Assembly (NCBI RefSeq): GCF_006345805.1 | Contig: NC_043004.1 | Location: 13,020,001-13,084,000 of the forward strand | Direction: 5' to 3' | DNA length: 64,000 bases | DNA from: Octopus sinensis | Taxonomy: Eukaryota | Part shown: positions 38,294-50,305 of the stretch, piece after piece | How the letters are laid out: every line of letters begins with the position of its first letter | How positions within the stretch are numbered: position 1 is the first letter of the stretch | The notes under the pieces: model-generated | What the model was told of the DNA's origin: nothing | Seen by the model: only the letters and a program-made list of their open reading frames with translations | Databases searched by the model: none | Program-made: the position numbers and the translations under genes

Positions 38294-38977
38294 TCTACAA
38301 TAATAAATTGCAAGTCTGTGTTTTTGTGAATTTAAAACTTAAACTCATCCAACAGACCTTGATGAAATTTGTTACGTGTGGGGGACTTATACTCATGCGG
38401 TCACTTACGCACTTGGAATCTTAAAAAATCAATTTTTAATCTGCATTGATTTTTCAAATATCGTAAAATTTCGGCATTTCTCGCACTAACTATCGTGACA
38501 TCAATTTGACGAAAATGCCGAAATTTTACGAAAAAATATTTCTTGGGTATAAACAGACATCTTATTAACGGTAATCTATTTAGCATTTGCTAATTCTTCA
38601 TTTCAATGCGAATTGTTTCGATTTGCTAAAACTTATTATTTCAATTCGTTGTTCAATTTCACAGCGTTTCAGGTTTTGATTAGGTAAGAACATTTTATTT
38701 CTCAAGCAAAATTTAGGCATTTTGCGCACTAGCCGTCGTGACATCAATCTGAGGAAATCTACCTCAAAGCGTAAAATTTCGTCATTTTATGCACATGTAG
38801 AAAAATGACGACACCACGCGTTCGCTACCAGACTCTGCTCATTTTTTCGTCAAATTGATCCTACCCATTTATATAGCTTTTAAATTTTTGAAAAATGTCG
38901 AAATTCGGCGAAAAATGTTTCATGGCTACCAACAGACATATTATTAACGGTAATTTATTACCGGGCACCATAGCTAG
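38294..38977 (+). mobile_element. Non-autonomous Helitron-like (DINE-1/Lep1-style) element
   Basis: A|TC 5' end (ATCTACAATAATAAA), core-like AAACTCATCCAACAGACCTTGATGAAATTTG, internal subrepeats (38470~38712, 38512~38890), 3' CCGGGCACCATAGCTAG|T end, no TSD. A terminal hairpin is not evident. Confidence 0.5.
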
Positions 38978-39220
38978 TACGAATGTATTTTCGAGCATTT
39001 GGGGAAAATACTCCACCAAAACTAATTATGATGCGCACTGTAGTGTACATGATTGTGAAACCGAGTACGAAGATTAATTATTCAAACTCTATTCATATAT
39101 AAAAAAAAAGTTTGAATCAACAGTGGGAGTACACGAGTAAAGACACATGCAGACTGCCTGCCTGTTTGTCTGTCTAAAAGCTATATACGTGTGTGTATGT
39201 GTGTGTGCGTATACGTTTGT

Positions 39221-39265
<45 letters not shown>

Positions 39266-40397
39266 AACGTATATATATATACATACATACATGCATATAT
39301 GTACACACACACAAACACATAAAAAACACACATACACACACACGCACACATATATATACTATACATATTTATATACATGCATAAATATATAAACATGCAC
39401 AAAGTGAACACATAGGATCACGCTCACACCCATATTCAAACAGACATATATACATGCATACATAACAAACTTACATAGTTAAAAATACATGCGGTAATAT
39501 GATGCCGCTTATGGTGCAGCTACAGAAAGCACAACAGATAAGGTCCAGTTCACCCTAAGCTCTAAATCGAATGGGTTCAATATATTTTCAAGGCTACAGT
39601 AAGAGGAGCGAAAGTTAAATTTTACCCGCAGACCGGAAACATAACCAAATGGCTTCGTAACAAAATGTATTGCACTAACTGCACTCTGGTTACAGTTGCT
39701 AGTGTTAGAAACGAGTAAAAGATTAATTCTACCATATAATTTGTTGTTTCTCGACAAGCAAAATATTATTGATTATACTTTGTCTAGGTTCAACTAAATG
39801 GAAATAGATACTATCTTATCGGGGAATAGTATCTACAGAATATTAGTGACAAATATATAGTAATAATATATTATCTTTGCTTCGAGTGAAGATAAGTAAT
39901 AACTAGCGGCAACTGCAAACGACTCCGAATGAAAGAGGAAGATAATCTTAAATAGAGAAAACGAAAAAGAAAAAAAAATCTCTCTGGAATTAACATGCCG
40001 TTAAGGAAATGGGGGAACGATAGCATACGCTTATTTCAGCTGCAGAATTCAAAGAAACAAGCTTTTTAAAGTTTTGGTTAATTTTGTGTTCCATTGTAAT
40101 GAGCCTGTGTAAGCTAGAGGACGTTCCACAAGGACTCTGGTTTCAATGCATTGCTTCTTATAGCTGAAAAAGCTTTATGCTAATGAAGGTGATTACGCGA
40201 CTCACGTTCTCCCGTTCACACATATATAGGAACAGATATAATTATATATAATATAAATATGTACATATACATAATTATATACAACAGAAATTACATACAA
40301 GTATATATGCATATATATATATATATATATTATACACACACACACATGCATATATATATATATATGTATATATATAAAAGTGTGTGTGTGTGTGTAT

Positions 40398-40792
40398 TCT
40401 TTTTTCTTTTATTTGTTTCAGTCATTTGACTGCGGCCATGATGGATCGACGCATTTAGTCGAGCAAATCGACCCCAGGACATAATCTTTGTAAGCCCAGT
40501 ACTTAATCTGTCGCTCTCTTTTGCCACACCACTAACTTATGGGGATGTAAACATACCGCATCGGTTGTCAAGCGATGTTGGGTGAGAAAAACACAGACAT
40601 AAACACACACACATACATATATATACGACGGACTTCTTTCAGTTTCCGTCTACCAAATCCACCCACAAGGCTTTGGTCGGCAAGAGGCTATAGTAGAAGA
40701 CACTGGCCCAAGGTGCCACACCACATACCACAACACACGCACACACCACACCACCACACACACATATATATATTATATATATAATATATATA

Positions 40793-40828
<36 letters not shown>

Positions 40829-41062
40829 TTAGTATGCATTTATGTATGTATGTATGTGTATTTGTGTATCGTGTTGTTCCCTCCCCCACACATCGCTTCA
40901 CAACCGATGGTGGTTGTTTACGTGCCTGTAAATTAGCGGTTCGGCAAAAAGTGACCGATATTATAAGTACTACTAGTCTTATAAAGAATAAATCATGGGG
41001 TCGATTTGCTCAACTAAAGGCAGTGCTCCAGCATGGCGCTGTCAAATGACTGAAACAAATAG
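40398..41062. mobile_element. Two SINE-A pieces: 40398-40728 (-) and tail half 40860-41062 (+)
   Basis: Family-diagnostic tail and body motifs. Confidence 0.75.
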
Positions 41063-41721
41063 ATATATATAATATCTATATTATATATATAAATTAAGAA
41101 AAACACTATTATGTAATCCAATTATATATATATATATATATATATACATACATGATAGTAAAGAATTTGAAGGATTTGTAAGGAAGTGTATAAAAGATTG
41201 TATCGGATTCAATAATATATAGCTGCTTTGACCTCTGATGCCGGAAATGATCAACATTAACTTTCAACCTAGACTTGTTGAAATATGAGTTAGTGTAACG
41301 AACAGGGATCGAATGAATAGATGTACTTGAAGTTGTTCCTGTAGATAGAGGAATAACAGCTGGTTAGGGTACACAACCTTGGTAATCATAGTACTTCTGG
41401 ACCTAGAAGTTTACTGGTGTGCTCTTGGTGATTGTCCTTCTCTTTGGAGACTCTGTTACATATTTGTCTTGTATATGCACTTGTACTATTCATACATTTC
41501 GATTTCAATTTAATCACCTCGGTTTTTGTAAGTCCAACCGTTTAATGTCCCTTCGTTAGTCGCCCTTATGATTATCTACTATATAATGTATAGTTCTTTA
41601 ATCCGTGAGTTGAAATCCTACTGAAGTCAACTTCGTCTTTTATCCACCCGGGCAAAATGAATTTAAGTATCTGTTAAGTCCTTAGCGTTTAATCCACTGA
41701 TCTATATTAGTATTCTATATT

Positions 41722-41990
41722 AACATTTTCGCGGATGGCTCTAAGCTTCTGAAGTTCATTGATAGGGCGGGAGAGCAGACTAATCACCAATCTGTTCTGT
41801 TCGTTGCAGTATCCTAAGAGAGGAAAGACACACTATGCAGCTAAACGATAACAAATTTGAATTAATCCTCTTCATTACAAAGTTGCGCGGAAGATACCGT
41901 ACAATCTTCCCTCGGATGAAAACTTCGTGGAATGAAACACAGCGAGGGACCTCAGCATAACTATCGACAACAACTTAACATGAAGTGCCC
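41722..41990 (+). pseudogene. CR1/L2-type LINE reverse-transcriptase fragment
   Basis: NIFADGSKLLKFI (cf. FADD), MQLNDNKFELILF, RDLSITIDNNLT* (cf. RDLGIxIDxxLxW); contains stops and frameshifts. Confidence 0.6.
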
Positions 41991-42341
41991 AGAGATAACA
42001 ATAATGACAGCATGGCCCGAAACTTTTCTAAATATATAAGTATACACCTAAATTCCTGACCTTTGCATCTATATTAGAAAACACCAAAATAAAAGTAATG
42101 ATAATAAATTAAAAACAATACCAATAATGATGATGATGATGATCATCATCATGATAATTATACTTATAAAATAATATTAATAAATTTCCATTAGGGTCCC
42201 CTTATTTTCACCTCGTTCCCTATATTTCTATTAATGCATGGCGCTCTATACCTGTGTAAGATTATGTAATAATATATGGATGTATGTGTGTTTGTGTGTA
42301 TGTATATCTATGTCTGTATATATACATACAAATTCCGCCAG

Positions 42342-42387
42342 AATACTTGATGAAGGCTGGAGAGAACATCAGCCGAAACGTCGTGGG
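42342..42387 (+). ncRNA. Hammerhead motif related to the 2.5-kb family (C3U, weak stem I)
   Basis: AATAC-TTGATGA-A-GGCTG-gagagaacat-CAGCC-GAAA-C-GTC-GTGGG. The downstream TGTACATAATTCCGCATCTCAAAAATATAGAA matches 2615-2650. Confidence 0.55.
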
Positions 42388-42767
42388 GAAAACAGACTTG
42401 TAAAAAATGTACATAATTCCGCATCTCAAAAATATAGAATAGTATTACAATATATCTCTGCACCTTTCTCTTTGTCTCAGATTTTCTTTTAATTTTTCAC
42501 TCGCGCTTCCCCATCTCTCCTCATTTCACGTGGCCGGTGTCTGGCCAGCCATGATCTTTCTTTCTTGGCCAGACTGCCGACCACCAACACCTCTTGTGTC
42601 CATCTCCCATGTCCCTGCCTTTGGGCTTCCACTTCATACACGCTAGCTCAGTTTGATTCGATAAAATGACGTAGCGTTTCGCCACACGAGATCGATAAAA
42701 TGACTTAGCATTTCGCCAAACATTATCGATAAAATGACCTAGGTCATTTCAGAACATTTATAAATAA

Positions 42768-42815
42768 GTCTTACGGATGTTTCCGGGATATTTTATATAT
42801 TCCTTCATCGGAGAC
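42768..42815 (-). ncRNA. Hammerhead-like motif with U4C core (second copy)
   Basis: Minus strand: GTCT-CCGATGA-A-GGAATAT..ATATCCC-G-GAAA-CATCCGT-A-AGAC. Stem I GTCT/AGAC is perfect, stem III is decayed. Confidence 0.55.
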
Positions 42816-43071
42816 GGCGTGAGAAAATGGTTAAATAATAGTTATTCTAGATAAGATATGAAATAGAGAGTGAAGTGGAGGAATGAAAATAGACGTGAGA
42901 TATGCAGGGATATTTTATCCTCATCCGCATAATCATCGATCCTGGAGCTTAACTATTTTGTCATCCCATAGCACTTACTCAGCATACCTGACACATTGGG
43001 GTCTTATTGACACCGTTACCTCTTATAATCCCCCTCTGTCTGTCTCTCTCTCTCTCTTATATATATATATG

Positions 43072-43103
<32 letters not shown>

Positions 43104-43105
43104 AT

Positions 43106-43144
<39 letters not shown>

Positions 43145-43445
43145 TATATATATATATCAACAATTGAGGGTAAATTAAATTAGTTATTAATCAATTTCAC
43201 CAAGTAGGTTCAGTATGTAAAAGGACCATTTAAGGCGAATTCAAAATATTACATTATATAATTAGGGCTTAGTAAAATAAATTACTTTGCCACATACTGA
43301 ACTTTCTAGAAATAGCAGCCCCCCAAAATATTTTTTAGCCATTTCCACTACTTTAAGAAAATTTCTCTCAGATAATGTTACTCATAAATAACTCACGAAG
43401 GTATGGAGGTAAAGACAGAAAAAATATCACAAGTACAAAGATCAT

Positions 43446-43506
43446 TTGAGAAAGTTAACGTTTCTAGATTAGCCAAATAAACTCAGCATTTCTTTCGTCA
43501 GCTCAA
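43446..43506 (-). ncRNA. Type-I hammerhead motif (left copy)
   Basis: Minus strand: TTGAG-CTGACGA-A-AGA..TCT-A-GAAA-CGTTAACTT-T-CTCAA; one stem III mismatch. Confidence 0.6.
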
Positions 43507-43950
43507 CCTTTCTTAATTTGATTGGAAGCACTAAAAGGAAGAAAACATACCCTTCGGCAAAGTATCACCTCAGATGAACACGCTCAGACTGCCAGTACTA
43601 ACAAATTCAAAATGCGCAAGCGAAGATCCCGCTCTCTCCCCTTCCACCCACGTGGGTTATCTAGTAAACATATATATTAACGGTGAGGACCGAAGCAATA
43701 GAACAGAGAGAAATGAATTATAATATCAACAATTGAGGGTAAAAATTAATTAGTTATTAATCAATTTCACCAAGTAGTGTTCAGTATGTAAAAGGACCAT
43801 TTAAGGCGAATTCAAAATATTACATTATAATCTTCGCTTGCGCATTTTGAATGTGTTAGTACTGGCAGTCTGAGCGTGTTCATCTGAGGTGATACGTCGC
43901 CGAAGGGTATGTTCCTCCTTTTAGTGCTTCCAAATCCAAATTAAGAAATG

Positions 43951-44011
43951 TTGAGCTGACGAAAGAAATGCTGAGTTTATTTGGCTAATCTAGAAACGTT
44001 AACGTTCTCAA
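43951..44011 (+). ncRNA. Type-I hammerhead motif with 10-nt palindromic stem III
   Basis: TTGAG-CTGACGA-A-[AGA aat GCTGAG ttta TTTGGC taa TCT]-A-GAAA-CGTTAACGT-T-CTCAA. Stem I TTGAG/CTCAA, stem III ACGTTAACGT, triplet GUU. Confidence 0.7.
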
Positions 44012-44390
44012 ATGATCTTTGTACTTGTTATATTTTTCTGTCTTACCTCCATACCTTCGTGAGTTATTTATGATAAACATTATCTGAGAGAAATTTTCCT
44101 TAACGTAGTGAAATGGCTAAAAAAAATTTTTTGGCTGCTATTTCTAGAAAGTTCAGTATGTGGCAAAGTAATTTATTTTACTAAGCCCTAATTATATAAT
44201 GTAATATTTTGAATTCGCCTTAATGGTCCTTTTACATACTGAACACTACTTTGTGAAATTGATTAATACTAATTAATTTTTACCCTCAATTGTTGATATT
44301 ATAAGTAGTGGAAATGGCTAAAAAATTTTTGGCTGATATTTCTAGAAAGTTCAGTATGTGGCAAAGTAATTTATTTTACTAAGCCCTAAT

Positions 44391-44445
<55 letters not shown>

Positions 44446-44578
44446 CTATAATCATATATATATATGTACATCTATATATATTTATAATATATATATATAT
44501 CTAATATATATATAATATATATGTCCATATCTATATATATATATATATATATATCTATATATATATATATTATATATA

Positions 44579-44621
<43 letters not shown>

Positions 44622-45562
44622 CAACAATTGAGGGTAAAATTATTAATTATTAATCATTTCACCAAGTATTCAGTATGTAAAGGGACCATTTAAGCGAATT
44701 CAAAATATTACATTTTATAAAGGGCTTAGTAAATAAATTACTTTGCCACATACTGAACTCATTAGAAATAGCAGCCAAAAAAAAAATTTTTTTGCCATTT
44801 CTAATACTTAAAGAACAATTTCTCTCAGATAGTGCTTTACTCAAAGTATTAGAAATGGCTAAAAAAAATTTTTTTTTTTTTTTTGGGCTGCTATTTCTAA
44901 TGAGTTCAGTATGTGGCAAAGTAATTTATTTTACTAAGCCCTTTATAAAATGTTATATAATATATCTATATATATATATATATATATAATATATCTATAT
45001 ATATATATATATATATGTACATATATGTATATATATATATAATATATATATATATATACACACAAAAACATACAACGGGATTCTTTCTACCAAATTCACT
45101 CACAAGGCTTTGGTCGTCCTGAGCCTATAGTAGAACACATTTGCCGATGATCCTACGCTATGGGACTGAATCTGGAACCATGTGGTTGGGAAGCACTCTT
45201 CTTACCACACAACTACGCCTGAACCGATGGCAGATAGATCTTAAAGCAATCTTACATGGAACTCCAACTGTCAAATTTACTTCTGTTGGGAACCACTGAT
45301 TTGGGCCCTTGTAAATCCAATATTAAAATTGACTTCGATATGAATCGAATCTTCGTTATATCTTAGAGGCAATATGTCTGAAAAGAAAAAAAGAAAAAAA
45401 AAAGAAAAAACGGCTGCAAAAAAAAAAGAATTGTTCTGAAATGTTCTGAAATGACCTAAGTCATTTTATCGATAATGTTTGGCGAAATGCTAAGTCATTT
45501 TATCGATCATGTTTGCCGAACCGCTAAGAATTGTTTGGTTTGGGCAGACGTCGGAGGTAAAC

Positions 45563-46125
45563 ACCGCCACCACCACCAAAACCATGACCATCACAACAAC
45601 CACAACCATTACCACCACCATCATCACTACTATCTCAAACACTACTACCACCACTAAAAAGGACCACCGCCACAACTACAACCACTACCAGCACCATCAC
45701 CACAACTATCTCAAACACCACCACCACCAGAACTACTACAACCACTACCATGACCACCAACACAACTACAACAATTGCCACCACCATCACCACTACTATC
45801 TCAAACGCCATCACCACCATCACAACCAGCACTACTACCAACACTACCATGACCACCACCACAACAACAACCATTACAACCACCATCGCCACTACTATCT
45901 CAAACACCACCACCACTACCACCACCACCACCACTACCACCACCACCACCACCACCACCACCACCACTACTACCATGACCACCACCACATCTACAACCAT
46001 TACCACCACCATCACCACTACTATCTCAAACAACACCACCAACAACAACTACAACTATTACCACCACCATCACCACTACTATTTCAAACAACACCACCAC
46101 CACCAACAACAACAACAACAAAAGC
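45563..46125. repeat. Degenerate (ACC/ACT/AAC)n repeat with recurring CACTACTATCTCAAAC anchor
   Basis: The anchor recurs six times at about 60-125 bp spacing and gives His- or Thr-rich pseudo-ORFs. Confidence 0.9.
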
Positions 46126-46495
46126 CTTCATTGTATTGCAGCAGGTAAAAGAGAAGGGATGTCAGCAATATCGAAGTCCAACACACCACCCCACCACCGA
46201 CACCAGTACCAGAGATTGAGGTTTACGAAAGATCCTGTATTAAAACCTAAGTCAAAACTCTTCCTCTTCCCGACGTGTTGCTGCTATTTCACAATGCCAG
46301 TGCCATACTCACGCAAGCAACACCTGGTTCCTAATTCTAGAGAAAATCGGTCGTATTAAATATATTTTGTTGTTGTTATCCAGCCCTCACGAAAGTCTAA
46401 TCGAACAGGTCTATGATCGAAGACATTCAGTCGTGACCAACCCATCTTTTATTCAGTGATGTTTATATAAAAATAACAGCCAACAGAAATGTTAT

Positions 46496-47742
46496 TTGGC
46501 TGGTTGGCTGGTTGGTCGGTTGGTTACCATTCTGGTTGGTTGGACGGTGGGTCGGCTGGTTGGTTCGTTGGTCGGTCGGTCGTGGGTCGGTTGGTTGGTT
46601 GGTTGGTGGGTCGGATGGTTGGTTGGATGGTCGGTTGGTCAGCTAGTTGGTTGGTTCGTCGGTTGGTCGTGGGTCGGCTGGTTGGCTGGTTGGTCGGTTG
46701 GTCGTGGTTCGGCTAGTTGGTTGGTTGGTTTGTCGGTTGGTCGGCTGGTCTTGGGTCGCCTGGTTGGCTGGTTGGTCGGTGGGAGGGCTGGTTGGTTGGT
46801 TTGTCGGTTGGTCAGCTAGTCGTGGGTCGGCTGGTTGGTTGGTTAGTCGGTGGGCCGGCTGGCTGGTTGGTTTGTCGGTTGGTCGGTTGGTTGTGGGTCC
46901 GATGGTTGGTTGGTTTGTCGGTTGGTTGGCTGGCTGGTTGGTTGGAACGGCGGGTCGGCTAGTTGGTTGGTTGGCTTGTTGGTTGGTTGGTCGGTTGGTT
47001 GGCAGTTTGGTTGGTTGGTCGGTGGGTCGGCTGCCTGGTTGGTTGGTCGGTTGGTCGCAGGTCGGCTTGTTGGTTGGTTTGTCGGTTGGTTGGCTGGTTG
47101 GTTGGTTGGTCGTTTGGTCGTGGGTCGGCTTGTTGGCTGGTTGGCTGGTTTGTCGGTTGGTTGGCTGGTTGGCTGGTTGGTCGATGGGTCGGCTTGTTGG
47201 TTGGTTGGTCGGTTGGTCGGTATGTCGGCTGGTTGGTTGGTTGGTCGGTTGGTCGTGGCTCGGCTGGTGGTTGGATTGTCGGTTGGTTGGCTGGTTGGCT
47301 GGTTGGCTGGTTGGCTGATTGGTGGGTCAGCTGTTTGGCTGGTTGGTCGGTTGGTTGTTTGGTTTGTCGGTTGGTCGGGTGGTTGGTTGGCTGGTTGTTC
47401 GGAAGGTCGGCTGGCTTGTTGGTTCATTGGTTGGTCGTGGGTCGGCTGGTTGGTTGGTTTGTCGTTTGGTTGGCTGGTTGGTTGGTAGGTCGGTTGGTTG
47501 GTTGGTCGGATGGTCGTGGGTCGGCTGGTTTGTTGGTTTTTTGGTTGGTCGGTGGGTCGGCTGGTTGATTGGTAGGTCGGTTGGTCGGTGGGTTGGCTGG
47601 CTGGTTGTTTGAACGGTTGTTCGTGGGTTGGCTGGTTGGTTGTGGGTTGGTTGGCTGGCTGGTTGGTCGTTTGGTCGGTTGGCCGTTTGGTTTGTTGGCT
47701 CTTTGGTTGGTTGGTCTGTGGATTGGCTTTTTGGATGGTTGA
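46496..47742. repeat. Cryptic (GGTT/GGTC/GGCT)n satellite, about 1.25 kb
   Basis: 4-bp periodicity, almost no A on the plus strand, and a recurring GGTCGTGGGTCGGCT higher-order motif. Confidence 0.95.
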
Positions 47743-48039
47743 TCGATTTGTATCTTAGGTCCAACAACTTTCTCTCTCTCCTTTTTCCTCAAGTCTGATC
47801 ATAAGTCTACCCCAACTCTTTCTCTCACCCCCTCTCTCCCTCTTTCTCTCTTTCCATATCTCTTTCTCTATTTCTCTCTCTTTCCGTCTCTCTCTTCCTG
47901 TCTGTCTCTCTCTGTCGAAATCAACATATATTTTAGCCTCACCGGGACTGAGATCTACCATGCTTAAAATATCCAAGATACGTTGTGTTTCACAAGGCAT
48001 CCCAACCCCACAACCCTATCAGTGACTATCAATCCAAAG

Positions 48040-48497
48040 AAAGTAGGATTTGACTGCTATTTAATTTATCGGTCACCGAAAGAATGAAAAGCGAAGTCAA
48101 CCTCTGTGGAATTTGAACTCAGAACGTACAGATGAAGGAAATTCTGCCAAACATTTTGTTCCGCATGCTAACGACTCTGCTAGCTGGCCGTCTTGTGCTG
48201 TTATGTACAACAATCCTTTCTGTCCCCTGAAATTTTCAGGTGACAGGATAATCTATTATATCGACCCTAGTACTCGACTAGTATTTGTTTTATTAACCCT
48301 CAAAGGATGACAGTCAACCTCGATGGTATTTGAGCTCAGAGCGAAACGACGGATGAAATAACGCCAAACATTTTCCCCGGCGTGCTAACGCTTCAACCAG
48401 CTCGCTGCCTTAAGCCGTTATATATGATTGTTCTTTCGATTATAGACACAAGGCCTGTAATTTTGGAGAAGGGCGTCTAGTCGATTATATCGGCACT
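48040..48497 (-). mobile_element. Three successive SINE family B pieces ending at the assembly gap
   Basis: Diagnostic GAATTTGAACTCAGAACG / GCTAACG..GCCAGCTCGC motifs. Confidence 0.7.
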
Positions 48498-48597
48498 NNN
48501 NNNNNNNNNNNNNNNNNNNNNNNNNNNNNNNNNNNNNNNNNNNNNNNNNNNNNNNNNNNNNNNNNNNNNNNNNNNNNNNNNNNNNNNNNNNNNNNNN
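48498..48597. other. Assembly gap (100 N)
   Basis: Run of 100 N; the true gap size is unknown. Confidence 0.99.
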
Positions 48598-49524
48598 AGA
48601 ACATCCACGTTTAAGTGAGGATGATATTGTTATTGTATTAAAGCATATAATATAGACTTAGTTTCGCATATACTCGGGGTAATTAGTTTTATACATTGTT
48701 CGGTAAGAATTATGTCTTGTACGTCATCATATACGGACTATTGATACAGTGTACCTGTTTTCTTTTTTTTTTTTGTATCCGGCTGTACCGTGACTGAGAA
48801 GCATTATATCGTGTTGACAATCTCCAGAAACCGAATCCATTGAGCTAAATATTTTCTGCTTCCATATATTTGAGAACTACACAGCATATTTAGGATTGGT
48901 GTCATAGATTATATAGCGTTGTCTGATATTGCATGACCGCCTTGTATATTCCTCTGTGTTTAGTAAATTTTCCTCTTTGCACTTGGATTCTAATCATCAT
49001 CGACTTCATAAAGTCATTCTGTTGGCCACAAGTAGTACATGAGAATGGCCTTAGAATATTCGACTGTTCATTGCATTTGTTACCATTTTTTCATTGCTTA
49101 TTTAGCTATAGTATATGCAACTCTTGTTCTTTGCTTTCTTTTTTATATTCTGTTTGTATGTGTTATCAGGTTATGTTTATTGAGTCTGAAGGTCAGTTGT
49201 AGTTAATGTACTCTGATCGTCCTAGTAAAAAAAGAAAGCAACTAAATACGTGGATGCAAAATTCAATTCCGTTGTCTTGAAGGAAGGAACTATAGGTGAT
49301 TGGAGCTCTAAATGGCAGGAAATGATAAGAGTGGGTAGGAAAACGTCCCTTTGCGATACGCCATTCAGAATATCACAAGTACCGTAAGTGCTATTGTTCT
49401 AAATTACATAGCCTAGACGACACTACAGACGGCTTCACATGCATGTGCAATAGAATTTGTCAGAGATTACAGCCAATGACAGCGGCCAGTCTAAATTCAG
49501 ACATACTTGTAATATTAGTTACAA

Positions 49525-50305
49525 TTTTTTGCACAAGGCCAACGCATTATGGTAAGTCAATTACATCGGGCCCAGTGTTTAACTGGTGCTGATTTTATCG
49601 ATCCCGAAAGGACGAAAGGTAAAGTAGACCTCGGCGTATTTTAAACTGCGAAAGTAGAGAAGGAGGAAATGCTGCTCAGCATTCTCCCTAGCGTGCTAAC
49701 GATTCTGCCATCTCGCCGCCTTTCGTACTTGTAATATTGATACGGCCGATGTTCTACGTGAGCAACTTCAAAAAGAGCATCAGTGGGAGATAACGCGGAT
49801 GGGATGGAATAAAAGAATGTTTGCAACGGAGAAAAAGAAATCAGAAAGGTACAAAATCAAAAGGAGCGAAAAAGTTAGACATATAGATGCAGGAGTGGCT
49901 GTGTGGTAAGTAGCTTGCTTACCAACCACATGATTCTGGGTTCTGTCCCACTGCGTGGCACCTTGGACAAGTGTCTTCTACTATAGCCTCGGGCCAACCA
50001 AAACCTTGTGAGTGGATTTGGTAGACGGAAACTGAAAGAAGCCCGTCGTATATATGTTTGTGTGTGTGTGTGTATATATGTGTGTATATGTTGGTGTGTC
50101 TGTGTTTGTCCCCCTAGCATTGCTTGACGACCGATGCTGGTGTGTTTATACCTCCGTCATTTAGCGGTTTGGCAAAAGAGAACCGATAGAATAAGTACTA
50201 AGCTTACAAAGAATAAGTCCTGGGGGTAGATTTACTCGGCTAAATGCGGTGCTCCAGCATGGCCGCAGTCAAATAAATGACTGAAACAAGTAGAAGAGTA
50301 AACAG
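49525..50305. mobile_element. SINE-B (49525-49722, -) and full-length SINE-A (49886-50305, +)
   Basis: Family-diagnostic heads and tails. Confidence 0.85.

Larger units (their letters stand above)
43156..44958. mobile_element. Non-coding element with partial-tandem plus inverted architecture and two HHR copies
   Basis: Unit 43156-43627, spacer 43628-43717, repeat of the unit end 43718-43830, inverted unit 43830-44303, and further partial copies 44304-44398 and 44619-44958. Embedded in (TA)n. Confidence 0.75.

Noticed and set aside
46489-47792. Overlapping GWLV- and PTNQ-rich ORFs up to 223 aa
   Set aside because: The (GGTT)n satellite lacks stop codons by composition; there is no coding signal.
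48880-49200. Possible RTE endonuclease remnant on the minus strand
   Set aside because: Only scattered residue similarity with many stops; not supportable by eye.
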